Source: Octopus vulgaris | Taxonomy: Eukaryota | DNA: 64,000 nt | NCBI GenBank assembly: GCA_951406725.2 | Contig: OX597826.1 | Location: forward strand, 39,122,001-39,186,000 | Reading direction: 5' to 3' | Shown: in pieces, positions 39,750 to 51,821 of the stretch | Numbering within the stretch: position 1 is the stretch's first letter | Layout of the letters: each line of letters starts with the position of its first letter | Notes under the pieces: generated by a model | Seen by the model: only the letters and a program-made list of their open reading frames with translations | Told to the model about the DNA's origin: nothing | Database searches by the model: none | Made by a program: the position numbers and the translations under genes

Positions 39750-41320
39750 AAACCAGCCAGCCAACCCGCCTACCTAGCCACCCATCCACCAATCTTACCT
39801 ACAGAATCAACTTCCCCTCCCCATTTCGTCACTGACCTCATCCATTGAGAAATATAAACATCGTAAGTATGTCAGTTGTCAGTGGTGATATGGTGGTAAT
39901 GGTAAATAGTATGTAGATGTATGTATGTAAACGCATTTAAATCGACACTAACCAACAGCTAAATTACAGGCACAATAGGTGAATAATTTGTCAGACGGCT
40001 TTCGACATTTTTTACGGAGAGGGTTCGTGAAGTATGTCATTCACGGCGTGTGTCAATATATGAGCAGAGACAGAGAAAATATGTATGAGCAAGGGTGCTA
40101 CAAACTGTTGTTTGCACCGATGCTCGCACACACACACACATACGAGACAGAGATTGGAATGAGGACGGGACAGTAAGACAGTAGGAGGGGTAATATAGAG
40201 GGGCGGGGATGTGTACAAGTGTATGTGTATTTATATTTCAAGGCCAGACATCAAAGACCTCTTGAAAAAAAAAACTCAGTATGTCTTCTTCCCCTTTAAC
40301 AATAGGAGACGGCACTGTCCCTCTACACGATATAAAGAATAATATCCTCGGATCTTTTCGGTTTGAACGGCAGTTTTTAAAAATAATTTCCACGTAACTA
40401 AACACTTTTAAACTTCGTATACTGGTAGAATATGTTTATAAAACATCTTTTTCTCTTGGCTTTATTGAGAAAATTCTATAGTTTATAAGATATTTGTTGT
40501 TTTTTTTTCTTCAATTTCTGCAATTTCAACCAATCAATGACGTCTATTGAGGTGAAAACATTCTGTGCCGTAAGAATATGTCCCTCGTTTAAGAAACAGA
40601 TTGGGTTTATTTACATTTCTGAAGAAAAAAGATACCCTTCCCCCCACCCCTAACCCTAACTAACCCAAACCGTAAAACAGATTGAAATGCAATAGATCAA
40701 TACTAGGGTCATAATTACGGGTGACAATTTCATACGATACCGCTAGAAAAAACTGCCGTTCAAACCGAAAAGATTCATACCCTCTGTTTTACTACACCAG
40801 TCTATTTGATAAGATACGAAACCTATGGTGATTATTGTGGTCTGCGATGAGGGATGAGAGAATTACAAGTTTCGGGGCTCCGCTCACGCAAGGGAGGGAG
40901 AGAGAGAGAGAGAGAATATATAGAAGTGATATCTAAAACAAAATATGAGAATTGAAGAACCCAGAGGTCAACTACAAAATATATTTTTTAAAATATATAA
41001 GAAAGAGTATGGCAGTCCTTGACTACGGGACCACCCAAAAAAGGCCAGTCAGGGCTATGCAGGAAATATTCCATCAACTTCGCCGAAATGAAACAAATAA
41101 CAAACTTACAAATTACGCAAGTACTGGATCCCAACCCCCATGCGTCTTCTGCAATAAGATTGCAGCAACTTTTTTTTAAACCTCTATCACGGAAAAACTC
41201 AAAGAAAAAAAAAAGACTCCATGACCTTCGCACAGTAACTGGGCAAAATTCTCCAAGGAATACTAGACAAATCTTCAACATACAGACGTATTCCGTTTCT
41301 CAAGTCCCTACTTAAGTGGG
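39750..41320. promoter_or_regulatory. CpG-richer unique region, possible promoter or first exon
   Basis: Many CG dinucleotides outside recognisable repeats. Donor-like sites at 39863 (+, gtaagt), about 39798 (-, ag/gtaaga) and about 41109 (-, gtaagt). Confidence 0.3.
40350..40776. mobile_element. MITE, short-TIR relative of the GGATC-terminal family
   Basis: ggatcttttcggtttgaacggcagtttt / aaaactgccgttcaaaccgaaaagattc; TSD atatcctc / ataccctc (7 of 8 match). Confidence 0.85.
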
Positions 41321-41383
41321 TATGATGTCTCAAAATATGACTTAAATTATATTACACACACACACATTGGAAAATGTGTGAGA

Positions 41384-42075
41384 TCCTTGCACACCACATC
41401 TGATGTTTCTTATGTCCAACTTTTCTCTCAGAGTGCTTACACTCTGTTGTGTATGCACACTAACATTACAAATCCAGCTGAGCATATTAGCTTCCTTCCT
41501 TGCAGGCTTATGCATGTCACAGCCCAGGTTTCACTGCCGTGTAACATGGCTGTTCGCACACATGCGTCATACAGTCTACCTTTTACTCTGAGCGAGAGGT
41601 CCTTTGTCACCAGCAGAAGTAGGAGCTCTCTGAACTTTGCCCAGGTTATTCTTATTGTAGCAGCTACACTCTCAGAGCATCCACCCCTGCTACTGACTTG
41701 GTCACCTAGGTAACAGAACTATCAACTACTTGTAGTTTTTCCCCCTGGAATGTGACAGAAGCTGTTTTCTGCACATTTGCAGTGTATATTGCCCCAGAGC
41801 ATTTGCCACACACAAATACTATCTTCCCAGTTAGCCTTCCTTTGATATTGCTGCACCTCTTATGTGTCCATAGCTTATACCGGGTACATCTTATGGAGTT
41901 CTACCTATGCCTTTTCTACAGGTCGAGCAGGGCCATCGACCTGAAGGGATTTGTGGTTTGCCTTCCTACTTATTAAGACTTTGGTTTTTGCCCGATTGAC
42001 TCTAAGGCCCTTCGTTTCTAGACCTTGCTTCCACACCTGAAACTTCTCTAGTTCAGATAGAGACTCAACTATTAG
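41384..42075 (-). mobile_element. RTE LINE internal fragment (RT C-terminal part plus PHD)
   Basis: SLSELEKFQVWKQGLETKGLRVNRAKTKVL on the minus strand. Confidence 0.9.
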
Positions 42076-42429
42076 ATCAAGGTCATAAAAATCTATATGT
42101 ATACACATACACAGATATACACACATTCATACCTACATACACATGTATATACATATATACACACACACATAAATATCCCCCCAGCTCACATGACCCCACA
42201 CCTCTGTCCACGTACCCAACACCATTATCATCACTGCCCAATGTCCATTTTCTATGTGGATGCTAAATGATGATGATGATAATGAGGAATGCATGTGCAA
42301 ATATGGGCACATATGAGGCAGAAAAAATACACACACATGGGTGTGTGTATACAAACACACATACATATTTACACATATCCACACACATGTATAAATATAT
42401 GTATGTATACATATGCATGTATATATATG

Positions 42430-43682
42430 TGTCTTTATTGGCCACACAGGGTTGAACACAGAATGGACTAAATACAAAGTAGAGCTTTTCTTTTTGGGAG
42501 GATTAAGAGAAAAAAATGGTGGGTCGAATTTCGATCAAAAGGGATCGTGGGGAAAAAAAAAAGCCAATCAATAGGGATTGTGTATCACAGAAATGTCAAT
42601 GCAAAAATGGAAAACAGATTAGGTTTATCCGTGGAAAGAAAAGCCTACGGAAAAGACCACAGTAACCTTGGGCAATAAAGTCACGCAAAAAAAAAACATT
42701 GCAGTAAGTGACTCTCTTTTCCTTTCTTTTTTTGGTTCATAGCATTATGCTCAAGCTGGCTCCGTCATTCATACATGCTATCCTTGCTACATTCACCCAT
42801 CTGTTTTTGAAACATTCACTAGACAAAACTTCCCTCTCTACTCTCACCTTCCTCTTCAAGTGATACTTGAAGAAGTTGATGAGAGATTAACCAGAGAGGC
42901 AAGTGTTTGTCTCTAGGCCTTTCAGACACGTCCACCATACACATTCTTTCGCCCTATGCCACAAGTACGATTATAATGGCTCTTCCTTCCCGTTTCAAGG
43001 AAGGAGGCGCGACAATATTCACGATAGACTCGGTTGATAAACATACTTGTCCCACACACTGTACAAGTGCGTGCAGGACGGTTTCGTTGCTCTGACCGCA
43101 TTTCGGCCCCATGTTTCTCAAGCCATACCTGTAGAGCTTATCCCGAATGGGTAGCGCTTCTTGATACCACTGCCAGGTCTGGGATCTCTGTAAGTTGTCC
43201 ATAGGTCCCGGTCCGAAAGTCTTCTTGAACAGGCGGGTCAGGTATTCCTCGTCGATGCCCAGGTTCGCCCCGAGATCGTCGTCGTACCCCACCCCCTCCA
43301 TTAATCCCCTACAGAATGCTTTGGTTGTGTTGAAGTCGCTTAAGGTTGACCCGGGACAGCATAGTTGCTTGAGAGCAACGCGACACTCGCAGTGTCATTC
43401 GCCCTACCTCGGCCTGTTTTTGATCCAAGACTGCAGTTCAGTCATGGAGACGAGCTGCAGGAAAGCGCGCTTCACAAACGGCGACCACATCTGTTCACCG
43501 TTGTCTACTTAGAGCCGGAGATGTCGTAGTCTCAGCGCGTGTCTGCGCATCATCAACCACGGCATGCCCAGCCCTCCTTCTAACGGGTATTGGCAGCAAA
43601 CGGACTGCCTGACCATCGGAACACATCCTTTCCACAAGAAGCAGAAGAGGATATTTTCTAGTTTGGTGATGGTAGGGTCGGG
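42430..43682 (-). mobile_element. 5'-truncated L1/Tx1-clade LINE (ORF2 C-terminus plus 3' UTR)
   Basis: LFCFLWKG...PLEGGLGMP...ALPIRDKL...KCGQSNETVLHALVQC (degenerate CCHC); AATAAA on the minus strand at 42434-42439. Confidence 0.8.
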
Positions 43683-43717
43683 ATGATGATGATGATATAT
43701 ATATATATACATATATA

Positions 43718-45547
43718 CAGTAGATTCTGCTTTATAAAACCACCTGCTTAATGTATGCAAAATGGTTGGGATGGAATTTTTACACATAAAATCTCTCATT
43801 TAATAAATCCAAACCATCACTTAATAAATCCTGTTGTCACTGCTCCTCCAAAAGTTTCAAGAAGTGGCAGTGAATGAATAAAATGCTTTATTTTCTGCTC
43901 TTACATACTGACAGGTAGGCTTCAGCAGCCACAGCCAGCCAGCTGTCTTGTGGTACACTCCATCATCCAAAAATAGATCAATAAAAGTAGTTCCTGGCGG
44001 TGGATGATGGAGTCTACCACACAACACTGTCATTCAAGCGAGAAATATTTATTGGATGATGATGTGTACCACGTGACAGCTGGTTGGTTGTGGCTGCTGG
44101 AACCTACCTGTCAGTATTTATGGGTGACAGAAAAGCGTCATTCGTCATTCACGTAGAGAGGCAGACATACACACAAGTTGTTCAAAATGAAAAGAGAGAA
44201 GCAGGACAAACCCGTGGCAGAAAAGATTCAATTGTTAGAACATTACAAAGCTCTTGGGAAAACAACTCAGTAGGAAGCAGCACACAGTTTGGAAATTTCA
44301 AGACGTCTGCTCCAGAATTTGCCAAAGATCATGATGGCTGTTCAAAGAGAAAGCACCAATGAGAGGGACAAGACCAACAAATAGACCGTACTCTCTACGA
44401 TTGGTTTCAATTTACTCGCTCGGGAAATATTCCTGTCAATGGCTTGATCCTAATGCACAAAGCCAACGCCATTGCTCAAGCTGCTGGACACTATTTAAAG
44501 GCATCCGAAGTTTAGTTTTACCATTGGCAAAAAAAAAAAAAAAAATACGGAATCTCTTTTACGGTTCTAAAAGGTAAGAGTTGTAGTTCACTAGTTCACA
44601 TTTTTCTCTTTAGAGAACACAAACTAAACATTTCATATTTTGCAGGTAATGCAACTGAAGCTGACATTGAAGGAGCCCATCAATTTTGTGAGACAACCAT
44701 GCAGCTTCTTTTAAAATCTTATCAGCCATAGGACATCTACAATGCCAATAAAACTGGGATATACTTACGTGCATCACCAGGAAATACGTATGTCAACAAG
44801 AGTTGCAATAAAACTGTGAGGGGCTTTAAGACGGCAAAGGACTGTATGACCTTGATCGTGGTCTGCAACATGAATGGAGACAAAGAAGACTTGCTCTTAA
44901 TCAGAAAAGCTGATTTGCCAAGATTCTTCAAAAATGTCAAAATGCTTCCGATTCAGTACGACTTTTCAACTAATGCTTAGATGACAGAAAAAAAATCTAT
45001 GGAAGATGGCTCAGATCTTGGGTTCATCGTTTGCAGGAATCTGACAATTGCTCTTCTCATGTAGTCATCAATGATCTCAAAAATATCACTTTAAAATTTT
45101 TTTCCTCCCAACATAATGTCAGTGCTGCAGCACTGTGACATGGGGATGATCAAGACCTTCAAAGCCTACTTCAGACATGAAATGTGCGAGAAGATCATTG
45201 ATGTAATGGAAGACACTGAACGTGACATTTTTGCCCAAGAAGTTGCAAGGCGGATCACTATTTTGGATGCCATGCACATGCTAAGCAAAGCTTGGAAGAA
45301 CACTTAACGAAAAATTCAATGCAAAGTTGCGAACAAAGCGTCCTACAAAGCAAACAACACTCAACAAAGTTTTCATTCAACGACATTGTTTCTAATGTTT
45401 TTATTTGTGTATTCACATATCTATGTATTTTAATAAATACACATGTTTAATCAATTGGTGAATTTTTTTCCCCCTGCTCATAAATCCCTTGTTTAATAAA
45501 TCCAAAATAGGTGGTCCCAAGATGGATTTATAAAGCAGGGTCTACTG
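43718..45547 (+). mobile_element. Tigger/pogo DNA transposon, full-length but decayed, containing a 72-bp intron
   Basis: TIRs cagtagattctgctttataaa / tttataaagcagggtctactg with TA TSDs. CENP-B/DDE_1-type motifs: PVNGLIL..KA, DIYNANKTG, DNCSSH, VLQHCDMGMIKTFKAYFR. Confidence 0.9.
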
Positions 45548-45652
45548 TATGCATATATATATATATATATATATATTCCAGAACTTGTTCCTTCACCCGT
45601 CTTTGTCTTTCGTTTTTCTCTTAATTTAAACTATATATAAATATGTGAGTGA

Positions 45653-45679
<27 letters not shown>

Positions 45680-45686
<7 letters not shown>

Positions 45687-47202
45687 CCAAGAGAGTTAGA
45701 GGTTGTGAATCCAACCAACTAAGGGATAATATCTATCCAATATACTGCTGGTAGAATACCCAGTTATTAAAACACAAGTGCTTTTTTCATTGCATAGCAA
45801 TTACATTACCCAGTGTAATGAATGGGTGAGTGTAAAAAGTTATTTTACTCTTAATTGATAAAGCAATAAGAAAATAGAGGGGATCATGAGTTGGTATTCA
45901 TCAACTTATAGACATTGTATTATGTCTATTTTTTTAAAAAAGACAATCATAGTAATATATATACATGTATAATATATTATGCTTTACATATATAATATAT
46001 AAAATATAAAAATACCAGTAATTATTAAAATATATAACGTAGAACATAGAAAGTAGGATAAAACCTTACAGCTGTTTCAGCCAAGAGGCCATAGTACCCC
46101 ATTCTACTTTAATCCCTCCCATAAGACTGCTATCAAATTATGGATAAGAAAGATACACCAGACCTCTTTGATATTACAATGGGATTGCCAGATTCTGCAG
46201 AAGTGACAGACCTGGTAGGTCTATATATCTTAGATAATATAGGTAGGGAATTCCCTGAATTAACTGGAGGTCTATATAGGGGATGACACACTATTCTTAG
46301 TTAAGAACCTTTCGAATAGACGTCTTGAACTGCTAAAAAAGCGTTTGCATAAATTCTTTAATATGGATAATTATTGAAAGCAAAAACTATTCTATAAACT
46401 ATTTAGATGCAAATTGTAACCTAAATACTGGACTCCATGAGCCTTAACTCTACATTAAGATATATTAATAATTCTAGTAACCATCCCTCACAAATAAAAA
46501 AAAAACCCACTACTAAATATAAGCAAAAGAATTTCAAACCTATCCTCTAATGAAGAGATATTTAATAAACATAAGGAAAAATACAATATAGCACTAAAAA
46601 ATGCAGGATATAAAGGTAATATTAAATACCTCCCCAATAATATTAACTATAATAGCCAGGATAGAGTAACTACTTCTAACCCACAAAATTTAGACAAATA
46701 TAACATTTCCAAAGATGAATATAAAAATAATAACAATAATAATAAAAAAGAAATATCAAAAATACAATAAGGCAACCCATAAAAAATAATAATAGTAATA
46801 ATAGACAGAATAATAACAAAAGCAACAATAATAACAATAATAAAATCATTAGTAATAATAGAAAATATATAGCATAAATAGTATTATTAAACATATAAAT
46901 AAGACTAATAACAGAGAATTTACACATAATATAAGTAACCCCAATAAGGGAAATAATAAAATAGATACTTTATGGTTAATAATCCCTTTTGCTATACAAA
47001 TCAAAAATAACAAATAACATAGTAAAAATAATTTTTAGTTTAATAAATATTTTACAAAAGGAAAAAACAAATATTGGGAGATAATAACAAAACAATAAGA
47101 ATAGGATATAGTAACTCATAACCTAGCTACCGTCATCTCCTCAATTAACAATAGAAAACTGGACACCTATCTAAGTAGAAAAAATAATAGAATACAAGCA
47201 TA

Positions 47203-47259
<57 letters not shown>

Positions 47260-47642
47260 CCTGAAACTGTGACAGGAAAAGATGATGTAACAGTACACTG
47301 GGACATGCCAATCAACACCGACAAAGAAATCAAGGCAAACAGGCCAGACAATGTGTCCATTAAAGAACTTGAGAAGTTATTTAAGTACAAAGACCTAGAA
47401 ATAGAAGTGACCAAGATGTGGGGAACGAAAAGCAGCACAGCACCAGTGGTGATTGGAGCATTAGGGCTAATTAAGCAAACTCCCTAGCAGTGTTAACAAG
47501 GGAGAACTTCAGAAAATAGTGTTGCTTGGTTTGGCACACATTTTATGCTGTGTACTCTCCATAATATGAGGACCTGCTGTGACCCTAGGGTCAAAGGATG
47601 ACCCCAGTTCAGCAGAAGACTACGGACCATATTTTATCTTTA

Positions 47643-47694
<52 letters not shown>

Positions 47695-48300
47695 GCAACA
47701 ATAGAAGTGTAAATAATAATAGTAATAATACTAACACTAATGATCATGATAGTATAAGCAATAATAACCTTATTAGGACCAACAATAGCCACAGAATTAA
47801 TAGTATAATAACTGTCAACCCCAATAACAAGCTCTACACAACCGCACAGAACATGTAATTGTAGAATAAGTAATAATTGTGAATTCAATAATAACTGCAT
47901 TAGAAAGGAGGTAGTATATCAATGTATAGTTAGTACACAATTTGACAGCAAGGTATATGTGGGTATGACAAAAAACAATATGAAACAGAGACTTAATTAT
48001 CATAACTATACATTTAGAAACAGAAATAGGAGAAATTCTGCAGGGTTAAGTAGCTACATATGGGAACTTAAGGATGGGGGAATTAACTATAATTAAAATT
48101 GGAAAATATTAACATCAGCACCTGCATATAATACTAAAAATAGAAAATGCTTGTTATGTATTACTGAAATTTTCTTTCTAATTGGGACTAAAATTCTGCT
48201 TATTAACAGCTTTAAGGAACGCAACGTTTCCTGTCTTCATAAAATTGGGCATACCTTTTCTAAATACCACTAGGACCTAGTATTAAAACACCCCTACTGA
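45680..48300 (+). mobile_element. Penelope-like element remnant (RT C-terminal half, Asn-rich linker, GIY-YIG endonuclease) with a probable inverted truncated pLTR at about 45680-46090
   Basis: DLFDITMGLPDSAEVTDLVGLYIL (46161), GLYR/DD, NYLD...SNHP, then CNCRISNNC...VVYQC...VYVGMT...R...H...LSSYIWEL...CLLCITE...CLH (47854-48273, one TAA). Minus-strand hammerhead 3' half GAAACAGCTGTA at 46067-46078. Confidence 0.88.
47259..47641 (+). mobile_element. R4/Dong-type non-LTR 3' fragment (restriction-like endonuclease) inside (AAT)n
   Basis: WDMPINTDKEIKANRPD...EKLFKYKDLEIEVTKMW...PVVIGALG; (AAT)n on both flanks. Confidence 0.8.
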
Positions 48301-48312
48301 CATAATAATAGT

Positions 48313-48627
48313 AATGACTGACCATGGGATTGCACCTAGAAAGTTACCCTCCCAGCACAAGTCCGGGCAAGCTTGTTTTATAGAAGACCAGACCATGCAT
48401 ACTGGCCTCCCCTCTCCACACCACCACTGTTATCCAAGGGAAAGGCAAAGGCAATACAGCTTGGCACCTGTGACATCGAAACTCATTTCTACAGCTGAGT
48501 GAACTGGAGCAATGTGAAATAAAGTGTCTTACTCAAGAACACAACATACAGCCTGGTCTGGGATTCAAACTCACAACCGCACAATCATAAGCTCGACACT
48601 CTAACCACTGAGCCATGTACCTTCACT
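48313..48627 (-). mobile_element. SINE family C
   Basis: Reverse complement of 14035-14365. Confidence 0.85.
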
Positions 48628-49712
48628 GAATAAACACACACACTGGTTTAATGCCACTCTTTTATTTTAACAACAACTCATTTGTTTAATGTGCATAGGT
48701 ACATGGGCGAGGGTAAAGAATACACACACCCGGCGTCTAGGGGTTAGGGATTTTGCTACACCAAAAAACGGGTGGTGTGCATATTCTTTACCTCCTCCAG
48801 TAAGTGTATATAGGGTAGTATTAGAATGAGAACAAGATATAAAGAAATGCATAAAAATAGGTCAGATCAGATGTGAGGGCATGCACCATGTTGCTGTAGT
48901 CAGCATTTGTCCATATTCCTGGCTCCACCCGGTCAACCTATTGAGCAGGGTTCCAGTCAGTCCCCATCTGACATGACAATACAGCATTTGGTTAACAAAC
49001 TGGAGCTGTTAACCCAGCTGGATCCTCAGTGAAGAGAACACATTAAGCAAGAAAATCAAGCAATATGGCCACATAGTCTGAGCTGCCCTCCCACCCCAAT
49101 CAAACAAGTATTAGGACTCAACCTAGTTTCAGAGTAGAGTTGTCGGTTGGAAATGAAATGCAACCAATGGTAGCCCATAATCAAGGGAAATCTAGGTACA
49201 AAAGTACCAGGTGATTCAGTAGTTGTGAGTTTTGAATCTAAAGATAAATACATGTAATTATGCAGAATTCCAAAATACAACCAAACACATCCATGCACAC
49301 ACGGAAGCACATAAACATCAGAACATACAATAACACACATCCTTACTCACACTAACATTTACAGACATGCACAAGCACACATATACAAATGTTTACCTAT
49401 TCAAAAAACAACTGGCTACACCACACACACACACCAGAACGTACAAAATAAACAAACATATGCATGCACACATAAATACTCACATACATACATACACACA
49501 CACACACACAGGACTAATTCTCAGACTTGAAACAGACCTTGAGGTGTGAAGGCATGTCCTTGATGAGGTCTGAATATCGCTGAAAGGACTCTGACAGAGG
49601 AAACAAAAATACTGATTGATGGATTTATCAACACATTAATCAAACAATTGAATAGTTGGTAAAATAAAGGTGATTTTATTTTACATAATGACCTTCTGTA
49701 GACAAAGATTTA

Positions 49713-49790
<78 letters not shown>

Positions 49791-49837
49791 GACGCCATGA
49801 TAGATCGTTAGCTCCTACATGCATTTTTTTCTCTGTA

Positions 49838-49875
49838 TCTTTCTGTCGAAGAGCGTAGGCTCGAAATGTAAAAGA
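49838..49875 (+). ncRNA. Minimal hammerhead-like motif with a non-canonical core, in a ~190-bp (TA)n-flanked element
   Basis: tcttt-CTGTCGA-a-gagc(gtag)gctc-GAAAT-GTA-aaaga. Confidence 0.5.
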
Positions 49876-49998
49876 CTGTTTCTATTTCTATTCCTGAGCG
49901 CCATACTAATACATTTGTTTGTTTGTACTCCACCTGCCTTCGTCTTTTGTTTATTTTCGTAAACCTTCCTGTTATATATATATATATACACATACATA

Positions 49999-50843
49999 CA
50001 GGGTGTCCCAAAAGTAACCAATGGGTTTCAGTTTTTAATAATTTCCTTAACTTTACAAATAAATGCATGAAATTTTGATACAATATAAAGAACATTATGG
50101 AAATTAATCATTTTAACCTTTTCCCTCTTTTTTCAGATTTTCATTTGCATGGGTTCATCAACAAACAAAATTGCCATTTTGGGAACTCTGAGAACCAAAG
50201 AACAGTACACCAGTGAGAAATGCACCCTGTAAGGTGCACAGTATGGTATGGAGTTGACAGCATATGAAATTATTGCTCCTTATTTCTTTGAAGATGATGA
50301 TGGACTAGAGAATGGTACAGAACCATGATTGAAACCTTTCTGCGCCAGGCCATTCAAAGTAGACCTCATACATGGTTCCAGCAAGATGAGGCAACTACTC
50401 ATACCACAAAAGAAACAATGCAGTTGCTACAGCAGTGCTTTGGAGAGAAAACAATCTCCCACTACAGCAATGTCAACTGGCCTTCACATTCCCCAGATTT
50501 GACTAGCCCAGATTTTTACTGAAAGAGAGGGTTTACGTCAACAAACCAGAGACCCTGGTGCAACTGAAGGAGAACATCAAAAGAGAAATCAGAGAAGTGG
50601 GGTCTGAAACTCTAAAGGGTGTTATGGTGCAAGTTTTGGAAAAAGCACAGGTGTGTGAAGCCAAAAGTGGATGCCATTTAAGTGATATCATTTTTCAAAT
50701 GTGATGTAGTGGTGTTGCAAAATTTAACTTGTGCATATTAATTTCCATTATGTCCTTGATATCATATCAAAATTTCATGCATTTATTTGTAAAGTTGAGG
50801 AAATTATTAAAAATTAAAACTAATCAGTGACTCTTGGGACAGC

Positions 50844-50846
<3 letters not shown>
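49999..50846 (+). mobile_element. Internally deleted DD41D (rosa/Visitor) Tc1/mariner element
   Basis: TIRs of about 110 bp (cagggtgtccc / gggacagcctg) with TA TSDs. WFQQD...WPSHSPDLTSPDF has 41 residues between the 2nd and 3rd catalytic D. Confidence 0.88.
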
Positions 50847-50885
<39 letters not shown>

Positions 50886-51560
50886 TGTAAATCTTTAACA
50901 GACTATGGTCTACAAAGTGCTGTCTCCTCCCCATTTTTCTATCATTACACTATGGTTCATGTCCCCCAGAGTTAGGGTATTTCATACCCACTTCACTTCA
51001 TGTTACCCAATCAACTCCAAGTGTCACCTCTAGCCACCCTTGTATATAATACCTACTATGGCACTAAACACAATCTAATGTCACTTCTCCCCAGAAGATT
51101 GGCCCTCTGGAAACATCATCCTGCACATAACTATGTTTCAGATGCTGACTGGCACCACCTTAAATGGACCATTAACACTGTCAAGCTCACTGGTCTTGGA
51201 GGGCCCACAAAGGGTATGGGCAGAGCCTTTTTCATTCTGATTCAACAGGTAAACATATAAGGGAAACAACACAAAAACCTAAGTCTGAGAGTAAAACGAA
51301 GGCTATATATAAATATATATAAATATATATATATATATGCAAGAAGAAAATGGAGGAAGAATAACAGGAAGAGGTTGGGCGTTTGCACTAGTAACCCATT
51401 AATTTAATTAGTTAATAAAGAAAAGTGGTAGTAATAATACATTTACGATTGTTTCTGTTTACCAGTCTTACATTATGTAAGACTCACCATGCTTGGTCTT
51501 TATTCTCATTACCAATGCATCTTTAGGTCTTTTGCTCTTCTTACCTCTACATATGACTCC

Positions 51561-51614
51561 ACATTCTGATGATGTCTACCACCATAACTGGTACACAGAA
51601 ACGACCGTAAATGT
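51561..51614 (+). ncRNA. Type I hammerhead ribozyme
   Basis: acatt-CTGATGA-tgt(c)tacca-ccataac-tggta(c)aca-GAAAC-gacc-GTA-aatgt; stems I and II pair. Confidence 0.8.
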
Positions 51615-51821
51615 ATTATTACTATCACTTTTCTTTAATAATAAATTAAATTAATGGCTTACTACCACAAATGACCAACCTCTTCCAGTTCTTCTTCCTC
51701 CGTTTTCTTCTTGCATATAATTTCAACTACAGTTAACCTGCTGAATTACCTTCCACTGCATACCTTTTACCAAGGACTGTACCTACGCAGGTAATCGCTA
51801 GGAGTACCTTTGGATTTAACC

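Noticed and set aside
49553-49602. Hammerhead-like ttgatgag...gaaa
   Set aside because: Core C3 is missing and no consistent stems II/III or cleavage triplet could be drawn.
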